Source: Nageia nagi (Eukaryota; Plantae; Pinophyta). Taken from it: a stretch of DNA of 64,000 nt. Each line of letters begins with the position of its first letter. The first letter of the stretch is position 1. Below, one piece after another: positions 1 to 12,024 of the stretch. The translations under genes were made by a program, and so were the position numbers. The stretch is from NCBI GenBank assembly GCA_050084985.1, contig JBITNC010000002.1, positions 8,494,001 to 8,558,000 of the forward strand, given 5' to 3'. The notes under the pieces are model-generated. The model saw nothing but the letters and a program-made list of their open reading frames with translations, was not told where the DNA came from and did not search any database.

Positions 1-1525
1 AAAATAGGAAGTGTATTGATATAATCATTGAAAAGGTTAATGTACCTACATTTATGGATGATTTTAATAGTAACTTTATTCCAAAATATGTGACACATTC
101 ATAACATGCTTGGTGGCTTGATAGTGAATTTCATCAATGTAGAAACACATTCCGATATGGAACTATATTATTAGTTGTAGAATTTATAGAAAACTATAAT
201 ATGGCACCACAAGAAGAAATATAGTCTCAATATTATAATTCTTAACATGTTTTATTTTTTTTCATATTGTATATAGAAATGCAAGTGATAATACAAAAGA
301 TAATTGAAACATTTTGTGGTAGTACTATTTTTATGTAAGTGAAAATAGATTACACTCATCAAAGTTTATCCAATTTTTCTTTAAGATATTCTACACAAAT
401 TTGAAGGAACAAAATATTCATATGGCACAACATTTGATATGGTTAGATAAGTATACAGGATAGTTTAAGAATGCACAGATGTTTTATTGGTTGAGTAGGA
501 TGATAGAGAACATAATATCCAACATATATGGTCAATTTTTGAAGCTGGACATGGTAAAGGTGAACATGATGGAGCTGGTGCATGTGTAAAAAGAGCACTT
601 GCTAGAGAACAACTTAAATTTGAAGATTCGGTAACATTTTAAGATGCACATGAAATTATGGATGGGTGTAATACAAATGTATCTACTAGATCAAAAGAGA
701 ATTCTATAATTCGATGATTCTTTTGGTTAGTAAAAGAAAATAATATTACAAGTTGTCATGATTGTGAGATAATTAATGGATCAATGAAATGGCACTCATT
801 TAGGAGTTGAATTGCAAGCACATGGACTATTTGGACAAGGGAGCTTGTATGTTTTTGTGATTCTTGTATTGTAGGTGAATCAGAAGTATGTATAGATATT
901 GAATGGGTTAAGGAATGGAAGTAAAGATATCTATTACCTACAAGAGCATATGATGAACAAGAATTATTCGTTGAAGGTGAGAATCAATTATTTGCATCAA
1001 AATCAAGTTTTTGGCCTTGTACAAGAATGTAATTTAAAACAATTTAATTTTTTTTTTAGTTTATTTATATAAATTCTCATTTTTGTATATATTTGAACTA
1101 GTTTATATGTCATACTTAACTCATATAAATTTTATTTATAGGACATGTGTATGCTGTTATGGCACCTAAAGGGAATGAAGAGGAATTAGGGTATTGGTTG
1201 GCTCGATGTGTTGAAAGAAAACATAAGTTAACTTATCCTCAATGTGATGATGATGGATTTGAGTACCGAATAGGTTCTATGGTGGTTTTAGTAAATGGCT
1301 ATGGAAAATAGTACCAATAAGGAATGGTTTGGGAGTATACAAAGATTATGAATCAAATAAGAATATTATTCACTATTCACATTTGATATTCAAAATAAAT
1401 ATTAAACTATCCAAATATAAAGGGAGGCTTACTAATAGAGTGTTATGGAAATATTCAAATGCAATAACATGAGGCAATTATAAATGCACTACATGAAAGA
1501 GAGGATGTATATGGTATTGATGACT
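1..1525 (+). mobile_element. Degenerate DDE transposase relic, Sola2-like (5' part lies outside the window)
   Basis: Manual translation gives VEFIENYNMAPQEEI*SQYY from 177 (cf. DFAENY..QxEIQS), HLIWLDKYTG*FKNAQMFYWL from 431 (cf. WSDxCxGQFKN), EAGHGKGEHDGAGACVKRAL at 541-600 (cf. HGKGxxDGxG) and RELVCFCDSC at about 838. Many stops; probable intron about 1030-1141. Confidence 0.7.
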
Positions 1526-1544
1526 GAAAAATACATGTAAATTT

Positions 1545-2066
1545 ATCTCTCCTTCTCCCTCTCCCCTTCATCTCCACTTCCCCTTCTTCTTCACCCCTAT
1601 GCACCTTCATCTCCACTTCCCCTTCTCTTTCACCCCTACACCCCTTCATATCCACTTCTCCTTCTCCTTCACCCATATGCATATTCATCTCCACTTCCCA
1701 TTCTCCTTCATACTTATGCCCCTTCATCTCCACTTCCCCTTCTCCTTCACCCCTACACACCTTCATCTCCACTTACCCTTCTCATTCACCCCTATGCCCC
1801 TTCATATACACTTCCCATTCTCCTTCATCCTTATGTGCCTTCATCTCCACTTCCCATTCTCCTCCACCCCTACATGCCTCTATCTCCACTTTCCCTTCTC
1901 CTTCATCCCTATGTGCCTTCCTCTCCACTTCCCCTTCCCCTTCATCTCCACTTCCCCTTTTCCTTCACCACTACACCCTTTATCTCCACTTCCCCTTCTC
2001 CTTTTCCCCTTCATCTCCACTTTCCCTTCCCTTTAACCCATTCACCCCTTCATCTCCCCTTCCCCT
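1545..2066. repeat. Pyrimidine-rich (CT) minisatellite, ~39-bp unit CCCCTTCATCTCCACTTCCCCTTCTCCTTCACCCCTATG, about 13 degenerate copies
   Basis: Directly visible; produces the 13-aa repeat ORFs in the ORF track. Confidence 0.9.
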
Positions 2067-2068
2067 CG

Positions 2069-2141
2069 GCTTTCTTAGCTCAATTGGTAGAGCATGTGAC
2101 TTTTAACCACATGGTTGTGGGTTTGATTCCCATAGATGACA
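2069..2141 (+). pseudogene. tRNA-Lys(UUU)-derived pseudogene or possible SINE head
   Basis: GCTTTCTTAGCTCAATTGGTAGAGCATGTGACTTTTAACCACATGGTTGTGGGTTTGATTCCCATAGATGACA is 73 nt with an A box, anticodon loop CTTTTAA and stem ATGTG/CACAT. The B box GGTTCGATTCC is mutated to GGTTTGATTCC, all CpGs are lost and the acceptor stem is broken. Confidence 0.85.
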
Positions 2142-2519
2142 TACAATTCAATGAGAGCATCTAGGTTCATGTATTTCTACTATTGATACTTAAATTTGAC
2201 TTTATATTTTAAAAGTATAGGTCAAAAATTTCCAAAAAATTGAAAAGGATATTTTTTATGAACTACCACAATGCTAGTATCCTACCTCATAATCATCTAG
2301 TGGAGGATATTCATCAACAACAAGTATCCTACCTATCCCCATTGATGTCACATAAAATTTGTTGATGGTTTTGATGTTGTTGGCACCAGTGTTATTATTA
2401 TTCTAAATGTTCAAAGTGTTGTAGAAGTGATAAAATTATCATCTCTTCTATTAGGAGATAAAAGTATCCTCTATTACCACATTCATCTCTTCTATTAAAA
2501 GATAAAAGTATTAGTTTAA

Positions 2520-3130
2520 GGTTCCTATCCTTTTACTAGTGCTATCATAAGGGAAATATATGTTACCATCCTTAGAAAGTTAAAGATGTAGATCAATCCT
2601 CATAATGGCTATACTACATAATCCCCATAAGATAATTCTATATTATTCACCCATTTGAGGAAATTATCTTAACAATTCTAGGGTTGAAATTAATCAAACA
2701 TAATGTATACAAAAATGATAAGAATGGTATTTGTATCTTAAATAAGACACAAAAGTATAACTAAAAATCTTATGTCTAAGGCAATAGTATGGTGATCACA
2801 CTATGATTACTTACCCCATATTAATTTCTATATTCAAAAATACTATATTGTAAGTAAAAATATGATAGGTGACTATGATTTCATTTAAATCCCATTGAAT
2901 TTTACTTATTCACATAAAAAATTCTCTCTTTAAATACTATGATTTAAGTTTTAATTCATTTTCTATGAAAACCATAGTCTATCACCATGATTTTTAATTT
3001 TAGATATCAAGTACTAAAATCAATTATTAATATCTCAAAAATGATATGGAATTGAAGAGTAGGATCTACCATATATGTTTTCCTTAAAAACCTTATAATC
3101 CTTGACAAAAGTTCCTTGAAAATACCTTAC
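2520..3130 (-). mobile_element. Possible very ancient Ty3/gypsy RT/RNase H remnant
   Basis: Only faint resemblance on the minus strand to the SFLGLxxYY..F..PL region; extremely degraded. Confidence 0.25.
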
Positions 3131-3636
3131 CTCTCCTCAACTCTAGGGGCATGCACTTCAATTATTTTTGTTAGTAAGATGCATATCAATATATATATTC
3201 TGACAAGATATGTCTTAAGAGGGGTGTAATATAAACACCCATGAATCAATCAAAATGAATCACTCTATTACATTTTGAGAACCATGAATCATTAAACAAA
3301 ATGAGTTGTACTTATCCATTTAACTTTACATCATAAATCATAATGTAGGCTTTAATATTTAAAAACTTATATCTTGAAAATCACTCTAGTATTTCTCAAA
3401 AATGCTTCACTAATATTATCTAATTCATTAAAAATTAAAATTTATAAAAAAATAAATAGAAAATTACTTAACTTATTTGGTGCACTAAAATACTTAACAA
3501 CTATCTAGAGTGAAATGTCTTTATTAAGAAGCAATATATCTTTGAGAAATTTTGGGTGTTGTAAAAGGGCATTCTAGATTTTTTTTTATGAATATGGAGG
3601 TTACAAATAACCTAAAGATTGGGTTGATGATTGATT

Positions 3637-3736
3637 NNNNNNNNNNNNNNNNNNNNNNNNNNNNNNNNNNNNNNNNNNNNNNNNNNNNNNNNNNNNNNNN
3701 NNNNNNNNNNNNNNNNNNNNNNNNNNNNNNNNNNNN
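3637..3736. other. Assembly gap (100 N)
   Basis: Exactly 100 N, typical of a scaffold join of unknown length. Confidence 0.99.
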
Positions 3737-4084
3737 GTATTTATGTAGCCTTAGATGAGAGTTTATATGATGCAAGTGAATAGGATTTGGAAATCCTTTA
3801 TGTTCATTTTTTGCCATAAACATTATCGATTTAGTGTTAGCCAAACTTACAGATGGTCTCTGCTATTAAGGTTGGATCATTGGCATGAAAAAGCATCAAC
3901 CTTGTAAACAATCCTTGGTGTTAGATTGTGAGAGGTAGGAGGCCTTTCATTTAAGTGTTAGCCTTAAAAACTAATGGTTTGGGTGTTAGCCATAAACACT
4001 TGCAAATTCACCTTAAACATTTCTCTTAGGAATTCTCTTGAGGAATGGTTCTTATTCATGGATGTGGTCACTTTTTAAAATTAA

Positions 4085-4685
4085 AGGAACTCAGGGGTTG
4101 AGTTCTTTTAAACCAAGGGAGAATGATGTAATCAAAGTTAGAGAGTCAATTTAGTTAGCCTAGTAGTTGTTAAAATAGCTAAAAATAGGTGATTTTCTTA
4201 GGGGCTTAAAATTAGGAAACTTCCTAAAAAATTTAGCACACAAAATTGCATGTATGTTTAGCCTATTTAAAGGCATTGAACTAATGGAAAAATAATAATA
4301 TGGATTTTTGAGTGCATTAATATGGACCCACACCCTCCATTTCCTTCCAAATCTCTCCATGATCCTCCTAAATCCTTTGTAATTACAAGGAGACATATTT
4401 TGTCTCCCTTGTATGTCCATTAGCTCATCTATATATTGGAGAGGCTTCCTCCTCTCATAAGGATGCAATTTTGAGCCTTCATGCTATCACCCTTTCCTTA
4501 GAGATTAGAATTCACTATTTCTACATATTTATCTCACCAAAATCTATAGGAAAAATATTATTAAAATGAACTCATTTATCCTTTTATCTCCTATCTCCAT
4601 ACTTCTCTTCTCTATCTAGTGTTTATGTAGGATTATTATTTATTTCATGTTTGTCTATGCAAGTACAAATATAATGACCAAATCA
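4085..4685 (+). mobile_element. 3' end of a CRM-like Gypsy element: PPT and LTR starting TGATG at 4124
   Basis: GAACTCAGGGGTTGAGTTCTTTTAAACCAAGGGAGAA|TGATG matches the pre-LTR signature at 49018-49060 (GAACTCACAGGAGCTGAGTTTCTTTTACTAAAGGATAA|TGATG). The LTR end at 4685 (AATCA) is tentative. Confidence 0.55.
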
Positions 4686-5739
4686 CCTACAACTTACTCC
4701 TAAGAAACTTGATAATGGAAAGAACCAAATCAAATCAACATTTTCAAGAAAGTTTGCTGATCAAAATAATTTAAATATTCTTTTGAGTTCATAAAAGGTA
4801 TTTTTAAGACTTCAATAAGCACCCATCAAGTGACACTTAAGGTAAATAATCAGTATACAACATCTCTTTTGACATTTTAACTATATTTTTCATTTCATAT
4901 ATCTTCCATTATCATATCAAACTTTAAGGCTAGTCCCATTCTTGAGTTGAATCCTTTGGATGGCATAGTAGCCCCTAAATACATTTTTTATTTGTATGAG
5001 TACAGATCTTCAAGTTTCTCAATATTGGTTGAATTAAACCCATTTATCTTTTTAGTGTGGACTAGAGTAGTTATGTGGTTTAGTTGTCAAAAATATTATT
5101 AGGATACTATTTTATCCCTTAAAATATAAAATATTAATTTATATTTAATTATAAAATTATACTTAATTTGAATATTAAGTGTGAGCATATTTTGAATCTT
5201 GTTTGTGTACTTTCTCCTAAGTTGATTTTACATCTACTTTGTACCTTTTTAAAATATTGATTTTATGTTTCTTTTAGTGCTTACTTCATATCTAAAACCA
5301 AAAAGTGAAAAACTATGTGTTATGGTATAGTATAAAGTAGGCGTTAATAAAATATACTTGATTTTCACCCAATAATGGCCATAAGTGTGCTCAAAGACAT
5401 CAAAAAAAATTATAATTAATATGATTTTGGGTATCAATTAGGTGTAAATTATATTTTATCTAGTAATGAAAGAACTAATATGTTATTAGTGGTATGAGGA
5501 AAAATCAAGAAAATATACTTCATAGCAAACTATAACCATTATCAACATAGCATGATTACATTTAACTATGTGAACTAGTTAAAGAAAATCAAAACAACTT
5601 AGTATTGCATGCAGTATAAGAATTGAAAAAGGGATTTCATTACATATCTTGGATAACATAACCTATATATATATCTTTGGAAAAAATTTAATAGGCTATG
5701 TCAACCATTGGAATTTAAAGACATTAAAAGATACCATTT

Positions 5740-6125
5740 GTTCATTCATATCACAAATGCATTTAGGAAACGAAAGATAAGTAATATTTTCTTAAATCGA
5801 AGTAAACAATTTCATTTTATATCTTAGATGCTATAACATATCATAAATGTATTTAAAAAGGAAAAATAAATAAATTTTTGTTAAATCAAAACAAAGAATC
5901 TCATAGCATATCTTGAATGGCATAACATATCAAATGATAGATAAAAACCCTTACCTTAAACCAAAGGTAAGAATCTCATTGTGTATGTTATATGATAAAA
6001 TATATCATGATTACATTTATCTTATTTTAAAATAAACCAAAAGATCGTATTACTTATTTTAGATGATATAACATATCATGAATACCTTTAACAAAGAAAA
6101 GCTAAATACCCTTATCTTATTAAAG
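5740..6125. repeat. Degenerate ~80-90 bp tandem repeat downstream of the kinase pseudogene
   Basis: Recurring ATCTTAGATG(C/A)TATAACATATCA-like cores at about 5820, 5910, 5985 and 6060. Confidence 0.55.
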
Positions 6126-6470
6126 ATATGAAACTTAAAATAATTTTTCAACCTTACAAGAAGGGTGAGACAAAAGGTTTTAATATAACATACTCTACAA
6201 GCAGTAATATCTTAAGGTTACCAGTTCCATCTTACTAACAATAAAATTTTAATCATAGAAAGATAACCCATAAACGTTTATTTTTTCGTACTTTTATGCT
6301 TGTGCTACTTACTATAACTAATCCATTCTGATGTATGATAATTCATTTAGGCAATTTGAGTTTAGGTCAAAAGTGAAGTCCACCCTACCCTTGGTAACGA
6401 AGTTCGGACCGGTCCGGCCAAAGTAAATTTCTGACATTCATCTTCTACAAAGAGGAGAAACGAAAGGGGA

Positions 6471-7812
6471 TCATCCAGCGGAGGCCATGGAAAGAGACAC
6501 GGCTTCCCTCTCCTCATGCCAATACACCATCAAGCTGTTAGGCTCTGCAACCATGGCTTGAAGAGACATGGGCACGGGTGGCACCGCAACATCCTCATTG
6601 CCTTCCAACATCTGCACTACGTGTTTCATCGACGGCCTTGCATCTTCGTCGTCCTGGATGCACCATCCCACCACCATCGCAGCTCTTTTAACTTGTTGTG
6701 CGTCTGCGTTGTTGTGGAGTGTCTTATCGAGCAAACCGTCGGTGTTTCCAGCATTGATCTGAATCGTAGCCCATGTCGGAAAGAACACCTCACTGGATTT
6801 CGAGTGGGTGCCCATGTTTCTTCTACCCGCAATTATCTCCAGAAGTGTCATGCCGAAGCTGTAGACATCGGCCTTGGGAGTGATAGGCAGCCCAGATACC
6901 CACTCGGGGCCCAGGTACCCTCTCGTTCCTCTCGTCGTCGTCAGCACACGGCTACACTCTCGTCCTACCAGATTTGCCAGGCCGAAGTCAGCCACCTTGG
7001 GGCAGAAATCGTAGTCGAGAAGTATTTTCTCCGGATTAATGTCGCAGTGGATAATACAATCTCTGCAATTCTCGTGCAGGTAAAGTATTCCTCGGGCAGT
7101 TCCCAGGGCGATATCGAAACGCATTTTCCAATCCAAGGTGCTAGATTCCTTAGCGGATTTAGGGAACAGAAACTTGTTGAGGGAACCGTTGGGCATGTAG
7201 TCATAGACCAGAAGTCGGTGGGAGCCCTCAGAGCAAAATCCCCGCAGTCGGATGAGATTGACATGTTGTATGATTCTGATGGTGCTCACCTCCGCTCAGA
7301 ATTGCTTTTCTCCCTGGCTCGAACCCTCCAGTTTCTTCACCGCCACGATGGATTTGTCTGGCAGGGTTACCTTAAAAACCGATCTGAGGTCCCCCCCGCC
7401 TAGCCTCTCAGAGAAGTTCTTGGCGATGACTTGGAGCTCACAGTAGCTAAACACGATGAGCAACGTCGGTTGGTGCTCAGATGATTGCTGTGGCCTTTGC
7501 CGGCATTGGCAAAAGAGACAAAAAAGCACAATCACGGTCACTATTAAGGCCAGCACGGCTACGGCACCACCCGCCGTGCCCACTAAGTTGGTCTTCTTTG
7601 ACTCTCTCTTCCACACGTCGGCGTTGGCGACCCTGACGAACAGCTTTTTGATGGTGCCCACCGACATGTCCTTCAGATTGCTGATGTTGAAGAAACCCAA
7701 TTACCGTCTGGACGCCAATGAGAGTTTAACCCACGCCCATGGTGTCCGCGCCATCGCAAGCATGCGTAAGCAAAAGCAGGGGCAAAAAGGCCAGAAAGCA
7801 GGTCCTCTTCAT
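6471..7812 (-). pseudogene. G-type lectin S-receptor-like Ser/Thr kinase (SD-2 type) pseudogene, intronless, ectodomain deleted
   Basis: ATG at 7812 gives MKRTCFLAFLPLLLLTHACDGADTMGVG*TLIGVQTV (signal peptide plus start of bulb lectin, stop at 7726-7728). A frameshift leads to LGFFN fused to the PAN end (NLKDM..LFVRVA), then TM and kinase. There is an in-frame TGA at 7296-7298 in GEKQF*AEVST, and altered motifs GGGDLRSV, HCDINPEK, DFGLANL and YLGPEW. Confidence 0.92.
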
Positions 7813-7901
7813 TTCTGCAGATTATATAATTTGGCTAAGAATCGAAGAAAGCCCAAAGCTTTTTCTTATAGTGCCTGAGCACACACAGGTCGTCAGCACT
7901 A

Positions 7902-8068
7902 GCTGTGTTATAATGAGTACGGTGGACTTTGTTTGCTGTGTTATAATGAGTACATTAGCTGCTGCTGGATTATAAATCAAATTCTATGGACTTCGGTTGT
8001 ACAATGTATCCAGTCGTGTGGACTTTGGTTGGTAACAGGATTGGGATAAGTCAAGTTGCAGAAGTCAA
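7902..8068 (-). promoter_or_regulatory. Putative promoter elements of the RLK: 19-bp direct repeat and tandem W-boxes
   Basis: GCTGTGTTATAATGAGTAC at 7902-7920 and 7935-7953. AGTCAA (TTGACT W-box on the minus strand) at 8049-8054 and 8063-8068. Confidence 0.4.
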
Positions 8069-9494
8069 GTCGAGACAAACTAGTAGTCATCATGAAGGAT
8101 GAAGTTTAGTATTGTCATCTAGTCTGTGATGAGTTGTAAAGGCAAATCAACTCTATAAAATGAATTTGAGGATCATTTGGTTGAAAGGTTAGAAGGTGGG
8201 GATAGGGCTTAACAAATATTCAATATTTTGGGATTGGGAGATTAAAATATTTATTTTTTTGGGATTTGTTAAATTTGAGATTTGAGATTCAAAATGTTTA
8301 TAATTTGGGATTTGCTAAAATTTGAAGATGGAATATTAGTTGATGTGTTCTTTTTATTTTTTTCAAAGAAGAATTTACTTTGCAAATTTAATTTTTATAT
8401 TTGTGAATTTGGTTCAAAGAAATATTGGGATTGATATTGAATAAGTTCATGTTACGGGATTAAGAAAATAGAATATTAAAGTATATGCAATATATATTTA
8501 ATTTAAAGAGACATTGGAGAAGAATTTGTTTAATCTTGCATAAATTAACATCAAGGCATTAAATGATATTATAGCATGATAGCATATTAAAAATATAGAT
8601 CCAAATTATCAAGATGATCAAATAAGCCTTGGTTTTTGCTATACAATGGCTTCATATATTGAATATTAGATTCACCTAGTGTGTGTGATATTATTAGACC
8701 ATTAAATTACGAGTTTTAAATCCTCCTAGATTTAGGGACTTTGGCCTTGTTATTGTAAATGACTTAGAAGGATTTGGTTCAAACCTACATGGGCATTAGG
8801 AACTCTAAGTGTGAAAAGGATTCTAGCATAGAAGGTAAAGATAATTAGTAAGAATAATGTTAGTATTATAAAGGAAATATTTTAAAAAAGTGAAATTGAA
8901 TATAATATTAGACATAAAATGATAATAATGAGAAATTATACTTATTTTGCATTATGCATATCTCTTCAAGGAGAACCACCCAATATTAAACTCCACATAA
9001 ATTATATGTTAATTGATGGATTACATTCTTAGCCTTATATAAGACAAACATGCAAGTATCATATTCTATTACATATTTTTTTATATATGTCATATATTTC
9101 TTTACATGATATTCTTCTACATTCATTAATGTTCTACATGGAAGACTATCCTCCAACCAAACTCATTACATACTTTGGGTGTATATCATCTTTGGGTTAT
9201 GTATAGAATCAATTGGAGACTAGAGGGATGGGCGTGAAATGGTAATGGGTGTTTGAATCTAATTTACTTTGGCTTTGATTTTTCTAACTTGATCAATTTT
9301 GATCGATTTAAGGTATATACGTCCAAGATTTACAGGATATACGCCTAAAGTATGTGGTTGAATTTGGCTAGAGGATAATCACATTCATCTATACTTATAT
9401 TCCCTTATAATAAAATATGACATGTATCACCTTTCTTATAATAGTGAGTGACATGTGTTCACCTATATATTACCTTTAAAATATGATGTAAGAA

Positions 9495-10110
9495 TCTTTC
9501 CCCTCAAAGCTTCAATTCTAAAATTTATCAATTGAAGCTCTAAAGAAATTCCCGTAAGGTATCTTGTAGTAATAGACCTTCCTTTAAAATAAGTATGTTA
9601 ATTATAGCCCTAGAGTGAAGCTATATCTACGTCAATGAATGATGGTAATTAGTTTCATGAGTAAACAATCTTACTCACCTAGTTCTAGTGCTTTATCTTG
9701 ACTAGAGCATTCTTACTAATTACCTTTTTTAGGCAAGATATATGAAATATTGGGTACATATTCTTGGATGTGGATGCTAAATCTAGCTTATATATGATCT
9801 TCATAATTTGTTAAATAACTCTATAAGGCTTAGAAAGCTTTGAACCAAGTTTTCAATTACCATTTAGTTTTAAGGATGTTTTCTTATAGGTTTGGAGTCA
9901 CAATAAGACCATATATCCCATTTCAAGCTATTATCATCACCTATGTTGTTCTACTTATTATTTTACCATGTTTTGTATCATGTTAAGGTTTTCCTTAAGG
10001 ATTTGTAGGATGTCAGTGCAAATGGTTAATTCATCATCTACTAATTCTACTTTGAAGTTATCAAGTAGGTAAAACACCATGGATGGTGACAATTGGACAT
10101 ACAATGCTTA
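9495..10110 (-). mobile_element. Ty3/gypsy integrase C-terminus fragment with PPT
   Basis: Minus-strand translation shows DILQILKENL, DMVLL*LQ.YKKTSLK and YKLDLAS..PIFHISCLKK (cf. GDxVFLRLQPY..AYKLxLP..IHPVFHVSxLKK). PPT-like TTTGAGGGGAAAG at about 9496-9508; probable LTR to the left. Confidence 0.7.
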
Positions 10111-10193
10111 TAATTTTTAAAGCTTTTAATTTTTAACACTTACATATTTTTTATTATAAAGATATTATTATTACTAGACCAAAAACAACCTTA

Positions 10194-10451
10194 GAAGGTG
10201 GTTCCAAATCCCCTTTAAAGCCCTTTACTGGCAGTTAACCAATTATCATATAAGCCCACATCGCTAAAATTTTATTGTCTATAGAGATAGTTATTACGCA
10301 TCATCTTATGTTTTCATAAAATTTCGCTTAATATTCTAATGGTGTAGTTATAAATTTTATGGGGGTAATTTAAAACTGCCACATTAGGAAGTATAAGGGG
10401 TGACTTCAAACTTCTACAATAGTGTTTGAAAGGAAAGTTTAAAACCACCTC
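10194..10451. mobile_element. Candidate Tourist/PIF-Harbinger-like MITE (~260 bp)
   Basis: Imperfect TIR GAAGGTGGTTCCAAA vs reverse complement GAGGTGGTTTTAAAC, flanked by TTA at 10191-10193 and 10452-10454. Confidence 0.4.
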
Positions 10452-11359
10452 TTAATAATTAATTTAAAAAAAAAGGTTTAGTATGGAAGCACATTCCATC
10501 ATATTTTCTTCATAATGGAATATGTTGCTAGACTACATATTTCTTAGTTACTACAGGTACCCGAGTTATAATGCTAGCCATGGGCTCCCAAACGATGGCC
10601 TAATGACATTGACCAATCATCATTCAACGTTTAGTATCTCAATAGATTATCTACGTAAATAAATCTCAAGATTCATCTCAAACAATGTTACGATAACCTT
10701 TGTAAGATTAATGAACTCTGATCATTCAAAACATAAATATAAATACTTTTATAAGAGCTAAACTCTCTATCAATTCATCTAATATCTTACAATTAATTTT
10801 AACCAAACATCCATTATGATCTAATAAAATAATGAAGCAACCTTTAATTAAGAATCAACACTTAATCATGGAGTAATGAACTAGAATGAGATTGTTGTGG
10901 TGAATACACTCTTTATTGTTAATCAACACACAACTTATATAATGAACTTTGTGTATATTCTAATAGAATATTACATTACACACATATGCTCTCATAGAGC
11001 TCTCACAAAATATTCTACAACATACATTGCTCTATATCTTACTTATTTTACCTATTTATCTTATTCTTCTTACTGAAATTGAAATGGGTACATGCTTATA
11101 TAGTTCTTTGTGAGAACGAGAATAGAATTGGAATGTTGACCTCTTAATACTTATCACAATCAACTACAATAAATTAATGCTAATATAAATAGCTCTTAAA
11201 TCCTATCAATAGCACTCTAAACATAGTAGATTATAAAACTACGAATCACAAAAGACTAATAGAATAAACTAAACATGGACTGGTGATCAAAGTTGAACAA
11301 AATAAGTTAAAACTAGAAAATATTATCAAAATAGGCATCCTTTGATGAAAAATGATTGT

Positions 11360-11432
11360 GTTTTGGAAATGTACTTATGTTTTGTAAATGCACTTATGTT
11401 TTGGAAATGCACTTATGTTTGGGAAATGCACC
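11360..11432. repeat. 19-bp tandem repeat (GTTTTGGAAATGCACTTAT) x ~3.7
   Basis: Directly visible. Confidence 0.85.
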
Positions 11433-12024
11433 CACTTTCTAAAACAAAAATATGTTGGGTACAAAACACACCTACCTTTCTAGTGAAACAACCTGGGTCT
11501 TCATATTTTATTAGTAAAATAAATAAAATATTGATGTTTGGATATTTTCATGTTTGGATCAGGTTTAAATTCCAATAATGTGATATGAAATTATTTAAAT
11601 CATATGATCCAAAAAATTCCTTAGAGAAGGAAAAAAACTATTCAATCTAGAAGTTTTCTAAATATCAAAAACCAGTCCAAAATTGGTAAGTTGGCAAAAA
11701 TATGCTTATAATACTTAGCCAAACATAGGAAAAGCATGTGATTCCCAAGTGGATATTATGTTGTATAGACAAAATGATGAGATGAAAATAATGGAACATG
11801 TTTTGGGCTCCTTCAATGCTTGGCATGTATCAAAATATTTTTACAAATATATTATAACATAATGTAGCAGTATTGTGGAGCATATTTGAATCTCTTAAGC
11901 ATAATTATTTAATTCTTGATCATACAAGTATTCTTGATTATTTGAGCCTATTTGAATCTTATTCTCCTCATCTTTGTGTTCATATGACTATTATAACAAA
12001 CATATCAAAAAGTGATAAAATATC

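Noticed and set aside
2069-2141. Functional tRNA-Lys gene
   Set aside because: B box mutated, acceptor and D stems mispaired, no terminator.
1455-2164. ORFs 1455-1772, 1599-2036 and 1835-2164 (His/Pro/Phe or Gly/Glu repeats)
   Set aside because: Artefacts of the 39-bp CT minisatellite; one runs through the tRNA relic.
3524-3844. ORFs spanning the N run
   Set aside because: Open only because of the assembly gap.
6471-7289. Functional stand-alone cytoplasmic kinase
   Set aside because: Starts at GTG after a nonsense codon, lacks subdomains I-III and has mutated catalytic residues.
6516-7975. Long plus-strand ORFs (295 aa, 140 aa and others) opposite the kinase
   Set aside because: Antisense shadows of GC-rich coding sequence; no recognisable motifs.
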